Source: an uncultured Gaiellaceae bacterium
Lineage (GTDB): Bacteria; Actinomycetota; Thermoleophilia; Gaiellales; Gaiellaceae
Reading direction: 5' to 3'
Assembly: GCA_963802865.1 (NCBI GenBank)
Contig: CAWDKB010000010.1
Location: 38,731 to 102,730, forward strand
DNA length: 64,000 nt
Below the pieces are notes generated by a model. The model was not told where the DNA came from. It saw only the letters and a list, made by a program, of their open reading frames with translations, and did no database searches. The position numbers and the translations under genes were made by a program. Of this stretch, positions 28,979 to 38,226 are shown piece after piece. How positions within the stretch are numbered: position 1 is the first letter of the stretch; each line of letters opens with the position of its first letter.

Positions 28979-29070
28979 GACGTGGATTGCGACGCCCTCT
29001 CAAAAATCGCCGCCGATGTAGTACGGTCGGCCCTACCCGGCCCGCAGACTGCGACACGAAGGGAGTCGTT

Positions 29071-29340
29071 ATGCCCAAAGTCGTCATCACGCACGCCGTT
29101 GAAGACATCGACCGCTGGCTGCAGGGGAAGGCAGAACGCGCCGCTGCCGTCGAATCGGGTACGGGCAGCAACGTGACCGACTACGTTGCCGCCGACGGGA
29201 GTACCAACGTCGCAATCACAGCCGACGTTTCCGATGTTGCAGCCATGCAGGGGATGCTCGCGTCGCCGCCGCCTGAAGTCCTGGCCGCCATGGAAAACCA
29301 CGGTGTCGTACAACCGATCACTGCGTACGTCGAAAAGTAG
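29071..29340 (+). CDS. 89-aa hypothetical protein
   Basis: ATG at 29071 preceded by GAAGGGAG. The composition is protein-like (MPKVVITHAVEDIDRWLQGK...). A terminator hairpin follows it. Confidence 0.5.
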   Translation: MPKVVITHAVEDIDRWLQGKAERAAAVESGTGSNVTDYVAADGSTNVAITADVSDVAAMQGMLASPPPEVLAAMENHGVVQPITAYVEK

Positions 29341-29383
29341 GCACAGTCAGGCGCAGCTGAAACCTTGTGAGCGCACTCGCGGA

Positions 29384-29410
29384 GGCCCGCTTCGGCGGGT
29401 CTTCCCGTTT
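29384..29410 (+). terminator. intrinsic terminator-like hairpin with a UUCG tetraloop
   Basis: GGCCCGC-UUCG-GCGGGUC followed by UUCCCGUUUCC. Confidence 0.5.
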
Positions 29411-29550
29411 CCAGCACGGTCGCCACGATCCCTAAGCAAGCGTCGGTTCTCAGTCCACGTCGCCCCCGGTCGACGCTGCAGCTCGAGCAACGAGAGCGCG
29501 AAACGGGCGGCTCCATCTCACTCCACGGCTCTGAGAGACTGAACTCCAGG

Positions 29551-30152
29551 ATGCAGGTGCACGTTGTCGGCGCAGGACCTGTGGGTCTGATGCTCACGGC
29601 ATTGCTCCAGCCGATGGAGGGGTTCTCCGTGCGCCTCTACGAGAAGAGGCACGAGTACACGCGAACGCGCATGGTGCAGCTCGCGCCCTACCTCGTAGCC
29701 GATTCACTGGAGAGCTATCGAGCCGACGCGGTCGACGGTGACAGCGTGGAGGCGATCTTCGATCCGGCGGAGCTCGAGCAAGGGCTGGCGTTCCGACGGT
29801 CGACTGCTCCGGACCTACGTGCACTCCTGCAGAACTGGGTGCTGGGGTTCTGCCCACTCAACTCGATCGAGCGCGCCCTCAGCGATCTGATCGATGCGCG
29901 CGGGCCGAATGGGGTGGAGCGCACCGCCGCAGTCCTGACTGCGGAGGACGCGACGGCGATGCTCCAACCGGGAGACGTCCTCATCGACGCCACGGGCAGC
30001 AGGTCCCTGCTTCGAGATCACCTCGCTCCCGGCCCCGGGGAGGCGACCGAAGGCGCGAACACACGCGCAGCAAGATGATCAAGCACAACAAGGATCTGTT
30101 CGAGTCGCTCGACGACCCGCTCGCGCTTCTGGACAAGCTGCACATCTACTAG
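29551..30152 (+). pseudogene. FAD-dependent monooxygenase/oxidoreductase, truncated by an internal deletion
   Basis: It starts with the N-terminal Rossmann motif VHVVGAGPVGLML but reaches a stop after 175 aa. A 24-aa protein-like tail (MIKHNKDLFESLDDPLALLDKLHIY) sits in another frame, up to 30152. Confidence 0.55.
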
Positions 30153-30166
30153 CCGAACGCCTGTCG

Positions 30167-31537
30167 TCAGGTGCCGTGTCGCCGTACCGTTTCGACCTGT
30201 CGTGCGAAGCGGGGTTCGAGCAACCGACGCCCACGCTCGATGAGGCGCCTGCTCGTGTTGACCAGCGATACGACGAGCACCGTCGTCACGACTGCACCGA
30301 TGACGAGGCTCAGCTCGGATCCTGTGCCCGCAGCGTTTGCGACGAGCCCCACGACGACCCCGGCGAGAGCTGCGTTGATCACCGCGACGAGCGTGGAAGT
30401 CTCGCCGATCATGCGGTAGGACCGGCTCCCCGTGCCCGGGCCATACGTCTCGTCCAGACCCTGCTCGTCGTCGTGGTGGCCCGTCACGAAATACGGCTCA
30501 AGCCCCGGCGAGATTTCGAGATAGGCGTGACGGATGCGATTCATGCCGGACAGCAGCCAGAAGTCGTCGATCCGAGCTTCGATGAGGCGGATGTATGTCG
30601 CCACCCCGACGAAGAGAGCGACCGGTAGAACGAGGAGTGCAAACGCGGTGAATCCGTCGCCGAACTCGGTCGCACGAGCGACCAGGGCCAATGCAACGAC
30701 GCTCGCGGAAACGACCGTCAGAAAGATGGCGGCCCGACTGAAGACCGCGCGGTAGGTGACGTCCCTCGCCGCGAGCAGGCTCCAATGCTCGGTCGCGAGG
30801 ATCTGAGCACGCACGCTCTGGGGCACGTCGGCGCGCGGAGAGGACGGTGGCTCCTGCTGTTCGTGCATGCGTCCGGCTTCCGCCGATCGGGCGAAGCGGG
30901 GTTCGAGCCTGCGACGCCCGCGCGCAATGATGCGCCTGTCGGCGTGGACAAGCAGCGCGACGACCACTGAAGTCACCACTGCGCCGATGAGCAGGCTCAG
31001 CTCGGATCCTGCGCCCACGACCTTTGCGACGAGGCCCCCAACGACCCCGGCGAGAACGGCGTCGAGCACCCCGACGACCGTGGACGTGCTGGCAATCAGG
31101 CGGAGGACCCGGTTCTCCGTGCCTGGGCCGTACGTCTCGGACAGGCCTCGCTCGTCGTCGTGATGGCCCGTCACGAAATACGGCTCGAGCCCCGGCGCGA
31201 TCTCGAGATAGGCGTGACGGAGACGATTCAGGCCGGACAGGAGCCAGAAGTCCTCGATCCGGGCGTCGACGAGGCGGATGTATGTCCCCAGCCCGATGAA
31301 GAACGCAACCGGCAGAACGAGGAGTGCGAACACGTAGAAACGGTCGCCGAACTCGGTCGCCTCGGCAGCAAGGGCCAACGCAACGACGGCCGCGGACACC
31401 ACAGTCAGGAAGATGGTGGCCCGGCTGTAGATCGCGCCGTATGTGATGTTCCTCGCCGCGAGCAGGCTCCAATGCTCGGTCGCGAGGATCTGTACGCGCA
31501 CGGCCTCAGACACGTCGAGGTGCGGGTCGGTGGGCAT
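30167..31537 (-). CDS. membrane protein made of two tandem ~228-aa homologous modules (4 transmembrane helices each), function unknown
   Basis: Residues 1-223 and 224-456 align end to end (ILATEHWSLLAAR, FWLLSG.NR.RHAYLEI.PGLEPYFVTGHHDDE, GRR.LEPRFAR). The DNA period is 687 bp. Confidence 0.6.
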   Translation of the reverse strand: MPTDPHLDVSEAVRVQILATEHWSLLAARNITYGAIYSRATIFLTVVSAAVVALALAAEATEFGDRFYVFALLVLPVAFFIGLGTYIRLVDARIEDFWLLSGLNRLRHAYLEIAPGLEPYFVTGHHDDERGLSETYGPGTENRVLRLIASTSTVVGVLDAVLAGVVGGLVAKVVGAGSELSLLIGAVVTSVVVALLVHADRRIIARGRRRLEPRFARSAEAGRMHEQQEPPSSPRADVPQSVRAQILATEHWSLLAARDVTYRAVFSRAAIFLTVVSASVVALALVARATEFGDGFTAFALLVLPVALFVGVATYIRLIEARIDDFWLLSGMNRIRHAYLEISPGLEPYFVTGHHDDEQGLDETYGPGTGSRSYRMIGETSTLVAVINAALAGVVVGLVANAAGTGSELSLVIGAVVTTVLVVSLVNTSRRLIERGRRLLEPRFARQVETVRRHGT

Positions 31538-31866
31538 CGCGCCTCCTCCATGTCGGGGGCCGAGCCGTCACCGGACCCGGTTCGCGAGATCGTACGCCCG
31601 AACGAACGCCCGCCTCGATGATGTCCGTCCCTGGGACGTACCGCGCGAGAGAGAACTGCTCCATGGGCGAGCGTACTGTCGCTCGAGAGGCAGTCGGGAA
31701 TAAAGACTACTTCGGATCGCGCGTGCCAAAGGCGTGCCAAACGTCCCGGCTAGCGGCCGATCGCGAACCGCGGAGCCATGCGGCCGAGCCCGCGCAAAAC
31801 CCGCATGGCTAGTGGGATTCGTCGCCTTTCGTCCTCGTCCGTCGTCTCAACGAATCTCGGGCGGCG

Positions 31867-31914
31867 CGGCCTGTCACGCCGGAGGTCGCGGGTTCGAGTC
31901 CCGTCGTTCCCGTC
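31867..31914 (+). repeat. attR-like copy of the tRNA-Asp 3' fragment
   Basis: A 48-bp repeat of 28135..28182. The 5' half of the tRNA is absent, so it is not a functional tRNA. Confidence 0.85.
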
Positions 31915-31924
31915 TCATCATCCC

Positions 31925-33283
31925 TCAACGCACGCGGTTTCTTGCCACGGCGAAGAGACGCCAGTTGCCCGGGATTCCCTTGAGCTCTGCGGTACCGCGG
32001 TCCTCGAACTCGATGCCGGACCCGGCGACGAGGTCCTTCACCGTGCTCGACACGAGCACTTCGCCCGGCTGGGCCTGGGATGCGACACGCGCTCCGGTAT
32101 GGACGGCGATTCCGGTCACCTTGCCGTCGACGACCTCGCACTCGCCCGTGTGCAGACCAGCACGCACCGCGATCCCCAATTCCTGCACTGAGTCGGTAAT
32201 CGAGCCCGCGCAGCGGATCGCCCGCGCCGGCCCGTCGAAGCTGGCAAAGAAACCGTCGCCCGCAGTGTCCACCTCGACGCCGCGATAGCGAAGCAATTCG
32301 CGACGGACGAGCTCGTGATGTTGTTGGAGGAGATCGCGCCACCCGCGATCGCCGAGCCGTGCCGCGTGTTCGCTCGAGGCGACGATGTCGGTGAAGAGCA
32401 CGGTCGCGAGAACGCGATCGGGCTCGGTATCCCGGTCCGCTGCGGCGTTCCACGCACGTTCGAGGAACGACTGGACCTCGCGGAGATACGGCTCGGACTC
32501 AGCGACCGGCGGGATATTCCCCTTGTCGTGCAACTCGACGTACGTCGCGCCGGGGATCTGATCCGCGACGAACCGAGCCGCGTCGCGAGGAACCTGGGGA
32601 TTCTCGCCGTGCTGCAGAATCAGCGTCGGCACGCGAACCGCCGGGAGGACGTCACGCACGTCGATTGACATGACCCACTTCACGAGCGCGAGGCGTGCCC
32701 CAGGGCTTGCGCCGTGCCGCCAGTAGTTCACGAGGGCGGCTCTTTCTTCCTCGGTCGCATTCGGTGATGCGAGTCGCGCAGCATCCGCGAGTCGCGTCGG
32801 ATCGTTTGGGCGTGCAGTGATTTCCTCGAGCGCCGCGCGTGCGTCCATCTCGGCCGTGCCCCACGGGTAGCCTTGCGCCCAGCTCGAGCGCGCGATCGCC
32901 CCGTCCAGGATGAGCGCCCACGTCCGATCCGGGTAGGTGGCCGCAAAGAGGGTGCTCATCGGCGCACCATCGAACATGCCGAAGATCGAGGCGCGTTCGG
33001 AACCAACCGCGTCCATGACGGCGCGCACGTCGTCCATTCGAACCTCGAGTGGAGCAGCGGCATCCGCCGCGTCTGACATCCCGGTGCCCCGCTTGTCGAA
33101 GTGGATCAGCCGTGCGAAGGACGCAATGCGCTCGAAGAGTGCCTCGAAGAACGGCACCTCCCACGCGAGCTCGACGTGCGACGTGGTGCCCGGGACGAGC
33201 ACGACGTCGAAGGGCCCTTCGCCCGCCACGCGGTAAGCGATGTGGACGTCGCCGCTGCGCGCGTATCGAACCTCCGAGACCAT
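31925..33283 (-). CDS. alpha/beta hydrolase domain fused to a class III adenylate/guanylate cyclase
   Basis: The internal ATG at 33283 gives MVSEVRYARSGDVHIAY. The C-terminus is VLFTDIVASSEHAARLGD...DTAGDGFFASF...GLHTGE. Confidence 0.85.
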   Translation of the reverse strand: MVSEVRYARSGDVHIAYRVAGEGPFDVVLVPGTTSHVELAWEVPFFEALFERIASFARLIHFDKRGTGMSDAADAAAPLEVRMDDVRAVMDAVGSERASIFGMFDGAPMSTLFAATYPDRTWALILDGAIARSSWAQGYPWGTAEMDARAALEEITARPNDPTRLADAARLASPNATEEERAALVNYWRHGASPGARLALVKWVMSIDVRDVLPAVRVPTLILQHGENPQVPRDAARFVADQIPGATYVELHDKGNIPPVAESEPYLREVQSFLERAWNAAADRDTEPDRVLATVLFTDIVASSEHAARLGDRGWRDLLQQHHELVRRELLRYRGVEVDTAGDGFFASFDGPARAIRCAGSITDSVQELGIAVRAGLHTGECEVVDGKVTGIAVHTGARVASQAQPGEVLVSSTVKDLVAGSGIEFEDRGTAELKGIPGNWRLFAVARNRVR

Positions 33284-33560
33284 GTCCGCATAGTCTTGCG
33301 CGCCGGAGGTCGCGGGTCGCAGATCCCGCACGAGGTCGCCGGTAGCCCTCGGCGGCACCCGCGATCCCCGGACGGGAACGCGAGCAAGGCCCTGCTCTCG
33401 CAACTGCGCGCGAAGAGCATCAGGGAGTGCTGAGATCTGGGGTGACCGATGGGGCGCCAACTCGGGTCATCGGCTGCTTGGTGCCGACGATCGGACTCGT
33501 GGCCGCACCTGGGCGAGCCCTTGACATTCGAGACAGGATTTAGTCAAATGTATTAGGCGT

Positions 33561-36287
33561 ATGTCTAACGTGGTCGTGCGTCCAGGACACGAGACCGAGC
33601 AAGCGCTGCTCGACGCCGCCGAGCAGCTGCTCGTCGAGGTCGGCGCAGCCGGGATCACGACGCGGCGCGTGGCCGAAGCGGCCGGTGCAAACCACGGTCT
33701 CGTCCACTACTACTTCGGCTCCGTGGAGCAGCTGCTCGTGCGGGTGCTCGAGCGGTTCACGGAGCGCGTCATCGCCCGTCAGCGCGAGCTCTACGCGTCC
33801 GACGAGCCATTCGTGGAGAAGTGGCGGACGGCGATGCGCTATCTCGTGAGCGAGGACGCCACCTACGAGAAGATCTGGCTCGAACTGCAGGCGCTCGCGT
33901 GGAACCGCCCCGAGCTACGGGATCGGCTTGCGCATGTCAACGCCGAGTGGCGCGCCGTCCTCACGGACGCGTTCGACGAGCCGCGGCGCGAGCTGAACAT
34001 CGACATGCCGCTCGAGGCGCTCGTCTCGCTCGTCATGACGTTCAACATCGGGATCATGGTCGAGCGCCTCGGTGGCATCGAGAACGGCCACGCGCGCGCT
34101 CCTAAACTGGATCGACGGATGGCTGTCGAGCTGACGGCACCGCCACGCGAGCAGACGCGGGCCCGCTACCCGGACGAGTCCGGCTTCGCCGAGCGCGACG
34201 GCGTCCGCCTTTTCTACGAGGTCTACGGATTGGGCGAGCCTACGGTCTTGCTGATGCCGACGTGGTCGATCGTCCATGCGCGGCACTGGAAGATGCAGAT
34301 CCCCTACATGGCGCGACACTCCCGCGTGCTGACGTTCGACGGGCGCGGCAACGGCCGCTCCGACCGGCCCGCCGACGCCGACGCCTACCGCGAGGAGGAG
34401 TTCGCCGAGGACGCGATAGCGGTAATGGATGCCACTGGCACCGAGCGCGCGGTGCTGGTGTCGCTGTCACGGGGGGCCGAGCGGTCGCTCCACATCGCGG
34501 CGAGCTACCCCGGGCGGATCGACAAGCTGGTCTTCATCGCGCCGGCGCTGCCGTTGCCCCCAGCGACTCCGCGTCTGAAAGCGATCGAGGACTTCGGCGA
34601 GCTGCGTGACGAGTACTTCGGCTGGGCAAAGTGGAACCGCCACTACTGGATCGAGCACTACGAGGACTTCCTCGAGTTCTTCTTCTCGCAGTGCTTCACC
34701 GAGCCGCATTCGACGAAGCCGCGGGAGGACTGCGTCGGCTGGGGTCTCGAGACCGACCCCGAGACGCTCGTCGCCACTCAGCTCGCGCCCCGGCTCCAGG
34801 ACGAGGAGAGCGTGCGGGAGCTTCTCTCCCGGATCGAGTGCCCCGTGCTCGTGATCCACGGAAGCGACGACGCCGTGCGGCCGTGCGGATCCGGCGCGCG
34901 GCTCGCGGAGCTGGCGGGCGGCGAGCTTGTCGTCCTCGAGGGGTCGGGCCATATGCCCCACGTCCGCGACCCGGTGAAGGTCAACCTGCTCGTCCGCGAC
35001 TTCGTGGCCCCGGCCGCGCCGCCGCGGAGTTGGGTCCGGGGCAAGTCCCGCCGCAAGCGCGCGCTCTTCGTCTCGTCCCCAATCGGGCTCGGGCACGCGC
35101 AGCGAGACGCGGCGATCGCCGACGAGCTGCGCAAGCTCCACCCTGACCTCGAGGTCGACTGGCTCGCCCAGCATCCGGTCACGGCGGTGCTCGAGGCGCG
35201 CGGCGAACGGATCCATCCGGCCAGCGCGTTTCTCGCGAACGAGTCGCACCACATCGAGAGCGAGTCGGCCGAGCACGACCTGCACTGCTTCCAGGCGATC
35301 CGGCGGATGGATGAGATCCTGCTCGCCAACTTCATGCTCTTCCACGATCTCGTGCGCGAGGAGCAGTACGACCTCTGGATCGGCGACGAGGCGTGGGAGC
35401 TCGACTACTACCTGCACGAGAACCCGGAGCAGAAGCGGTCCTCGTATGTCTGGCTCACCGACTTCGTCGGCTGGCTGCCGATGGCCGACGGCGGCGACCA
35501 CGAGGCGTTCCTGACCGGCGACTACAACGAGGAGATGATCGAGCACATCGGGCGCTTCCCCCGCGTGCGCGATCAAGCCGTCTTCGTCGGCAACCCCGAG
35601 GACATCGTGCCGGAGCGGTTCGCGTCGCACCTTCCCTGGATACGGGACTGGACCGAGGAGCACTTCTCGTTCGCCGGCTACGTCACGGGCTTCGATCCCG
35701 CCGACTTCGCCGACCGGGCGGCGCTCAGGGCGGAGCTCGGCTACGGCGAGGACGAGCAGGTCTGCATCGTCACTGTCGGAGGCTCGGGCGTCGGCGGCGA
35801 CCTTCTGCGGCGCGTGATCGCCGCTTTCCCCGAGGCGAAGGAACGCGTGCCCGCGCTGCGCATGATCGTCGTCGCAGGCCCGCGGATACCTCCGGAGACG
35901 CTGCCCGAGCACGACGGGCTCGAGGTGCGCAGCTACGTCCACCAGCTCTACCGGCACCTCGCCGCCTGCGACCTCGCCGTGGTCCAGGGTGGCCTCACCA
36001 CGTCGATGGAACTGACCGCGAACCAACGCCCGTTCCTCTACTTCCCGCTTCGACACCACTTCGAGCAGAACTTCCACGTCCGCCACCGACTCGAGCGATA
36101 CGAGGCAGGTCGCTGCCTGGACTTCGAGCAGGAGACGCCGGAGACGATCGCCGCCGCCATCGCGCAGACGATCGGCGGAGAGGTCGACTACCGGCCGGTC
36201 GAGACGGACGGCGCCGCACGTGCAGCCGCCCTGATCGCGCCGCTTCTGGAAGAGGGAAAAGGGTCGAGAGCAAGAGCTACGTCTTGA
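33561..36287 (+). CDS. 908-aa ORF with TetR HTH (about 33561..34100), alpha/beta hydrolase (about 34119..35020) and GT-B glycosyltransferase-like (about 35040..36287) regions
   Basis: TetR region: ITTRRVAEAAGANHGLVHYYFGS. Hydrolase region: FDGRGNGRSDRP and a C-terminal GSGHMPH. Glycosyltransferase-like region: SSPIGLGHAQRD and GGLTTSMEL. The TetR part may be a separate gene ending at the TGA at 34132..34134, in an adjacent frame (see findings). Confidence 0.7.
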   Translation: MSNVVVRPGHETEQALLDAAEQLLVEVGAAGITTRRVAEAAGANHGLVHYYFGSVEQLLVRVLERFTERVIARQRELYASDEPFVEKWRTAMRYLVSEDATYEKIWLELQALAWNRPELRDRLAHVNAEWRAVLTDAFDEPRRELNIDMPLEALVSLVMTFNIGIMVERLGGIENGHARAPKLDRRMAVELTAPPREQTRARYPDESGFAERDGVRLFYEVYGLGEPTVLLMPTWSIVHARHWKMQIPYMARHSRVLTFDGRGNGRSDRPADADAYREEEFAEDAIAVMDATGTERAVLVSLSRGAERSLHIAASYPGRIDKLVFIAPALPLPPATPRLKAIEDFGELRDEYFGWAKWNRHYWIEHYEDFLEFFFSQCFTEPHSTKPREDCVGWGLETDPETLVATQLAPRLQDEESVRELLSRIECPVLVIHGSDDAVRPCGSGARLAELAGGELVVLEGSGHMPHVRDPVKVNLLVRDFVAPAAPPRSWVRGKSRRKRALFVSSPIGLGHAQRDAAIADELRKLHPDLEVDWLAQHPVTAVLEARGERIHPASAFLANESHHIESESAEHDLHCFQAIRRMDEILLANFMLFHDLVREEQYDLWIGDEAWELDYYLHENPEQKRSSYVWLTDFVGWLPMADGGDHEAFLTGDYNEEMIEHIGRFPRVRDQAVFVGNPEDIVPERFASHLPWIRDWTEEHFSFAGYVTGFDPADFADRAALRAELGYGEDEQVCIVTVGGSGVGGDLLRRVIAAFPEAKERVPALRMIVVAGPRIPPETLPEHDGLEVRSYVHQLYRHLAACDLAVVQGGLTTSMELTANQRPFLYFPLRHHFEQNFHVRHRLERYEAGRCLDFEQETPETIAAAIAQTIGGEVDYRPVETDGAARAAALIAPLLEEGKGSRARATS

Positions 36288-36298
36288 AAGGAGTTGTC

Positions 36299-37624
36299 AT
36301 GCACGGACATACCAAGCCCGCTTCGTTCCACGGCTCCCCGAAGGAGGCGATGGAGGCGCCGGCCGAGGAGTTCCTGTACGTCGCGTGCCTCCGCGAAGGC
36401 ACTGGTGTGGACGCACCCGACTTCCTGGCCGTCGTCGACGCCGAGGCAGGAAGCATCGTCCACGAGATGCCTTTGCCGAACGTCGGCGACGAGCTTCACC
36501 ACTACGGCTGGAATCGGTGCTCGTCCGCGTGCCACGGCCCCGACCGCTCGCACCTGATCGTGCCCGGCTTTCGCTCCTCGCGCTTCCACATCGTCAACGT
36601 CGCCGACGACCCGCGACGGCCGCGGATCGAGAAGGTGATCGAGCCCGAGGAGGTCATAGCCAAGACCGGCTACACCAGGCCGCACACCGTCCACTGCATG
36701 CCCGGCGACAACGTCGTCGTCGCGATGCTGGGTGACGCGGACGGCAACGGTGCCGGCGGATTTGCCGTGCTCGACGCGAAGACATTCGAGGTGAAGGGTC
36801 GCTGGGAGAACGGCGGTGAGCTGCCGCCGCTGAACTACGACTTCTGGTACCAGCCGCGCAAGAACGTCCTCGTCTCGAGCGAGTTCGGTGAGCCGAATGC
36901 CTACGAGCCTGGGTTCGACCTCGCGGACGTCGAGGCTGGGCGATACGGCCGGCGCATCCACTTCTGGAACCTCGAGCAACGCGAGCTCGAGCAGACGATC
37001 GACCTCGGCGAGAAGGGGATGGTCCCGCTCGAGGTGCGCTGGCTCCACGACCCGGACGCCGAGGAAGGCTTCGTCGGCGCCGCGCTCTCGAGCGTGATGT
37101 GGCGCTTCCACCGCGCCAACGGCTCCTGGGCTGCCGACCCGGTGGTCGAGGTGGAGAGCGTGCCGCTCGAGGGCTGGCCGTTCCCGGTGCCCGGGCTGAT
37201 CACCGACCTCGTCCTCTCGATGGACGATCGCTTTCTCTACTTCGCCAACTGGCTGCACGGCGACATCCGCCAGTACGACGTCTCCGATCCGACCAACCCC
37301 GAGCTGACCGGCCAGCTCTGGCTCGGCGGGGTCATCGGCAAGCCATGCGATTCGGCGCGAGACCTGAATGGCGGCCCGAACATGCTCCAGCTCTCGTACG
37401 ATGGGCGCCGCCTCTACGTCACGAACTCGCTGTATTCGACGTGGGACAACCAGTTCTATCCGGAGCTGCGCTCATGGCTCTTGCGGATCGACTGCGACCC
37501 GAGCGGGGGCATGAAGATCGACGAAGACTTCTTCGTCGACTTCCACGATCGCCCGGAGGGGCCGGCGCGCGCGCACGAGGTGCGTCTCCAGAACGGCGAC
37601 TGCACGACGGAGATCTTCCAGTGA
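36299..37624 (+). CDS. selenium-binding protein family (SBP56; methanethiol oxidase-like)
   Basis: ATG at 36299 after GAAAGGAG, 441 aa. It contains SPKEAMEAPAEEFLYV, LHHYGWN.C, RPHT.HC and TNSLYSTWDNQFYP, which are typical of SBP56. Confidence 0.9.
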   Translation: MHGHTKPASFHGSPKEAMEAPAEEFLYVACLREGTGVDAPDFLAVVDAEAGSIVHEMPLPNVGDELHHYGWNRCSSACHGPDRSHLIVPGFRSSRFHIVNVADDPRRPRIEKVIEPEEVIAKTGYTRPHTVHCMPGDNVVVAMLGDADGNGAGGFAVLDAKTFEVKGRWENGGELPPLNYDFWYQPRKNVLVSSEFGEPNAYEPGFDLADVEAGRYGRRIHFWNLEQRELEQTIDLGEKGMVPLEVRWLHDPDAEEGFVGAALSSVMWRFHRANGSWAADPVVEVESVPLEGWPFPVPGLITDLVLSMDDRFLYFANWLHGDIRQYDVSDPTNPELTGQLWLGGVIGKPCDSARDLNGGPNMLQLSYDGRRLYVTNSLYSTWDNQFYPELRSWLLRIDCDPSGGMKIDEDFFVDFHDRPEGPARAHEVRLQNGDCTTEIFQ

Positions 37625-37764
37625 CGCTCGCACACATCATCGGGATCCCGGTCGAGGAAAGCGTCCTGCTCGCGCCCGCGGGTGCAGCGACGGTAACAGC
37701 GGTGGCGATCGCCAGCCGGACGAAGCTCAGCCGCCTGCTCACTCGCCTGAGGAGACGCGGCTGA
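37621..37764 (+). CDS. possible 47-aa ORF translationally coupled to the SBP56 gene
   Basis: Its GTG overlaps the SBP56 stop (CAGTGA). It encodes VTLAHIIGIPVEESVLLAPAGAATVTAVAIASRTKLSRLLTRLRRRG. Confidence 0.3.
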   Translation: MTLAHIIGIPVEESVLLAPAGAATVTAVAIASRTKLSRLLTRLRRRG

Positions 37765-37806
37765 AGGGCGTGAAGCCCTCGAGCACGTCGACGCCGCGTC
37801 TCACGA

Positions 37807-38220
37807 CTAGACCTCGTATCCCTGCGAGGACGCGTACTCCGCGGCGACCCGCTTGGGCACGCACATCGCCCATGCACCCTCGACGAGATCACGCATCTCG
37901 TCGGCGTCGATGGCGGCCAGGCGCACGTGCGCCCAGTTGAAGCGCATGTCCGACTGGCTCGGCAGCGAGTACTTGTGCGGCTCGGACTGGACGAGCGCGT
38001 CGCGCAACTCCTTCGGGAAGGCGAAGCCCATCGTCTCCTCGTCGTGGGAGAAGGCCAGGTAGACGATCTGGCCGACCCTGAACTTCACGCGCCCGCGCAC
38101 AACCGCCTCGTAGCTGCGCGGAAGGCTGAGCGCGAGCTCGCGCACATCGTCGAGGGTCACGGGCACGGTCGCCCTCAGGGTACGGGCACCCTTACGGGCG
38201 GCTTGCATTCTCGCGCTCAC
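37807..38220 (-). CDS. MmcQ/YjbR family-like protein
   Basis: 137 aa with the pattern VRELALSLP...E......F.V..K.F and WAHVRL. Confidence 0.6.
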   Translation of the reverse strand: MSARMQAARKGARTLRATVPVTLDDVRELALSLPRSYEAVVRGRVKFRVGQIVYLAFSHDEETMGFAFPKELRDALVQSEPHKYSLPSQSDMRFNWAHVRLAAIDADEMRDLVEGAWAMCVPKRVAAEYASSQGYEV

Positions 38221-38226
38221 GCGGAG

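Noticed and set aside
31861-31914. Second tRNA-Asp gene
   Set aside because: Only the anticodon-stem-to-acceptor 3' portion is present. The D arm and the 5' acceptor strand are missing, so it is treated as an att repeat and not as a tRNA.
36299-37624. SBP56 gene as evidence for selenoprotein metabolism, in support of the Sec candidate
   Set aside because: Selenium-binding-protein family members are not part of the Sec insertion pathway, and bacterial members act as methanethiol oxidases. The shared name is coincidental, so it was not used as support.
37765-37806. Short hairpin AGGGC-GUGAA-GCCCU between convergent genes, as a terminator
   Set aside because: It has only a 5-bp stem and no U tract, which is too weak to call.
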